Shown: piece after piece, positions 60,108-64,000 of the stretch
Layout: each line of letters begins with the position of its first letter
Position numbering within the stretch: position 1 is the stretch's first letter
Source of the DNA: Heterodontus francisci
Lineage: Eukaryota
Direction of reading: 5' to 3'
DNA length: 64,000 bases
Assembly (NCBI RefSeq): GCF_036365525.1
Contig: NC_090376.1
Span: 1,423,802 to 1,487,801, forward strand
Position numbers and translations under genes: made by a program
Notes under the pieces: model-generated
Seen by the model: the letters and a program-made list of their open reading frames with translations, nothing else
Databases searched by the model: none
Told to the model about the DNA's origin: nothing

Positions 60108-60295
60108 AAAAGCAAAATACTGCAGATCCTGGAAATCTGAAATAAAACAAAAAATGCTGGAAACACTCAGCAGGTCTGGCTGCATCTGTGGAGAGAGAAA
60201 CAGAGTTAACGTTTCCGAACCCTGAAGGAAGGTTCTGATGAAGGGTCACTGACCTGAAACATTTACTCTGTTTCTCTCTCCACAGATGCTGACAG
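60108..60295. mobile_element. Inverted pair of Penelope-like termini with a hammerhead core
   Basis: 60108-60215 is the reverse complement of the motif at 60256-60292; CTGATGA at 60235-60241, GGTC/GACC stem, GAAA at 60256-60259. Confidence 0.65.
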
Positions 60296-60944
60296 ATTCA
60301 TTGGTAGTTCAGTTCATGGCTGTTTCTGGGTGCCACACGTGCTTACATCAGAGTGCTCAAACAAAAGGCACTCTCCAAATCTAACTGAGAGGAAACCAAC
60401 TCGCAGTAAATACACCAGTGAGGGCAAATGTTGCTGATTACATTGAGTCTCCCAGTTTTGGCCTGTTTTGCATCAACTGATGATACATGAGGATTGGTAG
60501 CAATTCCTTCCTCCACCAGCCTGAAGGATCGCTCCCTCGGCTGTGCATTTGAATAAACAGCAACAAAACCAGTTTTAAATTTCCGGCTGCAGCTAGATAG
60601 CAAAAATATTGTGAGCACATTTCAGTGAGAATGGGATCAGTGATCAGTGACACCACGGCAGCTGATCCAATCACAGAGTGACAGCACAGAAGGAGGCCAT
60701 TCTGCCCATCATGCCTGTGCTGGCACCTTGACACAACTAAAAACNNNNNNNNNNNNNNNNNNNNNNNNNNNNNNNNNNNNNNNNNNNNNNNNNNNNNNNN
60801 NNNNNNNNNNNNNNNNNNNNNNNNNNNNNNNNNNNNNNNNNNNNNNNNNNNNNNNNNNNNNNNNNNNNNNNNNNNNNNNNNNNNNNNNNNNNNNNNNNNN
60901 NNNNNNNNNNNNNNNNNNNNNNNNNNNNNNNNNNNNNNNNNNNN

Positions 60945-60998
60945 GTCAGTGCGGATCACCCGGAAACTACGGGGCAAAGGTCAGAGCAAGATGGCGGC
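60945..60998 (+). promoter_or_regulatory. CpG-rich proximal promoter/5' UTR of TIMM10B with ETS (CCGGAA) and YY1 (CAAGATGGCGGC) motifs
   Basis: ccggaa at 60960-60965, aaggtca at 60977-60983, and the YY1 consensus overlapping the ATG at 60991. Confidence 0.55.
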
Positions 60999-61026
60999 GG
61001 CGACGGAGCCCGGACAGATTCGGAAT
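60991..61026 (+). CDS. TIMM10B: Mitochondrial import translocase subunit Tim10B, first coding exon
   Basis: aagATGG Kozak; MAAATEPGQIRN|gtgagg resembles human exon 1 (..QQLRN|, phase 0); head-to-head with ARFIP2 as in human. Only 12 codons are visible, so the call relies on synteny. Confidence 0.72.
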
Positions 61027-61061
61027 GTGAGGGAAGGGCGAGTGGGTGGAGTGGGAGGGGA

Positions 61062-64000
61062 GAGAGAGAGGGGGAGGGTGTGGAGAGAGACCCCCAGGGT
61101 GAGGGGGGGTTGTTGTTGAGAGAGATCTGAGGGAGGGTGAAGAGAGAGACCCCCGGGGTGAGGGGGGGTTGTTGTTGAGAGAGATCTGAGGGAGGGTGAG
61201 GAGAGAGACCCCCAGGGTGAGGGGGGGTTGTTGTTGTTGAGAGAGATCTGAGGGAGGGTGAGGAGAGAGACCCCCAGGGTGAGGGGGGGTTGTTGTTGAG
61301 AGAGATCTGAGGGAGGGTGAAGAGAGAGACCCCCGGGGTGAGGGGGGGTTGTTGTTGAGAGAGATCTGAGGGAGGGTGAGGAGAGAGACCCCCGGGGTGA
61401 GGGGGGGTTGTTGTTGAGAGAGATCTGAGGGAGGGTGTGGAGAGAGACCCCCGGGTGAGGGGGGGTTGTTGTTGTTGTGAGAGATCTGAGGGAGGGTGTG
61501 GAGAGAGACCCCCGGGTGAGGGGGGGTTGTTGTTGAGGGAGATCTGAGGGAGGGTGTGGAGAGAGACCCCCAGGGTGAGGGGGGGTTGTTATTGTTGAGA
61601 GAGATCTGAGGGAGGGTGAGGAGAGAGACCCCGGGGTGAGGGGGGGTTGTTGTTGTGAGAGAGATCTGAGGGAGGGAGGAGAGAGACCCCCAGGGTGATG
61701 GGGGGTTGTTGTTGAGTGAGATCTGAGGGAGGGTGTGGAGAGAGACCCCCGGGGTGAGGGGGGGTTGTTGTTGAGAGAGATCTGAGGGAGGCAGTGGAGA
61801 AAGACCCCCGGGTGATGGGGGGTTGTTGTTGAGTGAGATCTGAGGGAGGGTGTGGAGAGAGACCCCCGGGGTGAGGGGGGGTTGTTGTTGAGAGAGATCT
61901 GAGGGAGGCAGTGGAGAGAGACCCCCGGGTGAGGGGGGGTTGTTATTGTTGAGAGAGATCTGAGGGAGGGTGAGGAGAGAGACCCCCAGGGTGAGGGGGG
62001 GTTGTTGTTGTTGAGAGAGATCTGAGGGAGGGTGAGGAGAGAGACCCCCAGGGTGAGGGGGGGTTGTTGTTGTTGAGAGAGATCTGAGGGAGGGTGAGGA
62101 GAGAGACCCCCAGGGTGAGGGGGGTTGTTGTTGTTGAGAGAGATCTGAGGGAGGGTGTGGAGAGAGACCCCCAGGGTGAGGGGGGTTTGTTGTTGTTGAA
62201 AGAGATCTGAGGGAGAGTGTGGAGAGAGACCCCCAGGGTGAGGGGGGGTTGTTGTTGTTGAGAGAGATCTGAGGGAGGGTGTGGAGAGAGACCCCCAGGG
62301 TGAGGGGGGGTTGTTGTTGAGAGAGATCTGAGGGAGGGTGTGCAGAGAGACCCCCAGGGTGAGGGGGGGTTGTTGTTGTTGAGAGAGATCTGAGGGAGGG
62401 TGAGGAGAGAGACCCCCGGGGTGAGGGGGGGTTGTTGTTGAGAGAGATCTGAGGGAGGGTGTGGAGAGAGACCCCCAGGGTGATGGGGGGGTTGTTGTTG
62501 AGAGAGATCTGAGGGAGGGTGAGGAGAGAGACCCCCAGGTGAGGGGGGGTTGTTGTTGAGAGAGATCTGAGGGAGGGTGTGGAGAGAGACCCCCGGGTGA
62601 TGGGGGGTTGTTGTTGAGAGAGATCTGAGGGAGGCAGTGGAGAAAGACCCCCGGGTGATGGGGGGTTGTTGTTGAGAGAGATCTGAGGGAGGGTGTGGAG
62701 AGAGACCCCCGGGGTGAGGGGGGGTTGTTGTTGAGAGAGATCTGAGGGAGGGTGAGGAGAGAGACCCCCAGGTGAGGGGGGTTGTTGTTGAGAGAGATCT
62801 GAGGGAGGGTGAGGAGAGAGACCCCCGGGTGAGGGGGGGTTGTTGTTGTTGTGAGAGATCTGAGGGAGGGTGAGGAGAGAGACCCCTGGGGTGAGGGGGG
62901 GTTGTTGTTGAGAGAGATCTGAGTGAGGGTGTGGAGAGAGACCCCCAGGGTGAGGGGTTGTTGTTGAGAGAGATCTGAGGGAGGCAGTGGAGAGAGACCC
63001 CCGGGTGATGGGGGGTTGTTGTTGAGAGAGATCTGAGGGAGGGTGTGGAGAGAGACCCCCAGGGTGATGGGGGGGTTGTTGTTGAGAGAGATCTGAGGGA
63101 GGGTGAGGAGAGAGACCCCCAGGTGAGGGGGGGTTGTTGTTGAGAGAGATCTGAGGGAGGGTGAAGAGAGAGACCCCCGGGTGAGGGGGGGTTGTTGTTG
63201 TTGAGAGAGATCTGAGGGAGGGTGTGGAGAGAGACCCCCAGGGTGAGGGGGGGTTGTTGTTGTTGAGAGAGATCTGAGGAGAGAGACCCCCAAGGTGAGG
63301 GGGGGTTGTTGTTGAGAGAGATCTGAGGTAGGGTGAGGAGAGAGACCCCCGGGTGAGGGGGGGTTGTTGTTGAGTGAGATCTGAGGGAGGGTGAAGAGAG
63401 AGACCCCTGGGGTGAGGGGGGGTTGTTGTTGAGAGAGATCTGAGGGAGGGTGAGGAGAGAGACCCCCGGGGTGAGGGGGGGTTGTTGTTGAGAGAGATCT
63501 GAGGGAGGGTGAGGAGAGAGACCCCTGGGGTGAGGGGGGGTTGTTGTTGAGAGAGATCTGAGTGAGGGTGAGGAGAGAGACCCCCAGGTGAGGGGGGTTT
63601 GTTGTTGAGAGAGATCTGAGGGAGGGTGAGGAGAGAGACCCCTGGGGTGAGGGGGGGTTGTTGTTGAGAGAGATCTGAGTGAGGGTGAGGAGAGAGACCC
63701 CCAGGTGAGGGGGGGTTGTTGTTGAGAGAGATCTGAGGGAGGGTGAAGAGAGAGACCCCTGGGGTGAGGGGGGGTTGTTGTTGAGAGAGATCTGAGGGAG
63801 GGTGAGGAGAGAGACCCCCGGGGTGAGGTGGGGTTGTTGTTGGGAGAGATCTGAGGGAGGGTGTGGAGAGAGACCCCCAGGTGAGGGGGGGTTGTTGTTG
63901 AGAGAGATCTGAGGGAGGGTGAAGAGAGAGACCCCTGGGGTGAGGGGGGGTTGTTGTTGAGAGAGATCTGAGGGAGGGTGAGGAGAGAGACCCCCAGGGT
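61062..64000. repeat. ~58-63-bp G-rich minisatellite (gagagagatctgagggagggtgaggagagagacccccagggtgagggggggttgttgtt), running off the window edge
   Basis: Direct inspection, about 49 units, AGATCT in each unit. Confidence 0.95.

Noticed and set aside
60343-60618. Minus-strand ORFs near the gap as the ARFIP2 N-terminus
   Set aside because: No similarity to arfaptin N-terminal exons
60981-63293. 770-aa minus-strand ORF
   Set aside because: Read-through of the ~60-bp minisatellite with cycling frames
16370-64000. Apparent rule that G-rich arrays are always on the plus strand
   Set aside because: Arrays at 19448, 20140 and 40204 are C-rich on the plus strand, so the polarity is not consistent

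Overview
Eukaryotic genomic DNA, almost certainly from a cartilaginous fish, judged from its shark-type CR1 LINEs, HE1-like V-SINEs, Deu-domain SINEs, Tx1 and Penelope elements. It has four N gaps: 16045-16327, 17635-17984, 36164-36300 and 60745-60944. Three host genes can be read from the sequence. (1) ARFIP2 (arfaptin-2), minus strand, has five clear coding exons between 57926 and 35459 plus a probable 96-nt alternative exon at 59528-59623; its 5' exons are not visible and probably lie in the last gap. (2) An FHDC1/INF1-type formin gene, minus strand, lies downstream of ARFIP2 (coding exons 17279-15780 and 4578-4517, continuing off the left edge); its FH1 region is a 22 x 12-aa coding minisatellite. 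(3) The first exon of TIMM10B, plus strand, is head-to-head with ARFIP2. The rest is nested retroelements (many CR1 pieces, one near-intact CR1, one full-length decayed Tx1, two solo LTRs, and RTE and Penelope fragments) and about ten GC-rich minisatellites. The best leads are: a retained FHDC1 paralogue beside ARFIP2; an arfaptin-1b-like exon in ARFIP2; a conserved U_UUA_AAC -1 slippery site at the ORF1/ORF2 junction of four diverged CR1 copies; an in-frame, stop-free 900-nt VNTR intron; minisatellite units that supply splice branch points; Penelope hammerhead ribozyme cores; a gene-conversion tract; and strongly AT-to-GC-biased repeat evolution. All homology calls are by eye against remembered sequences; no search was run.
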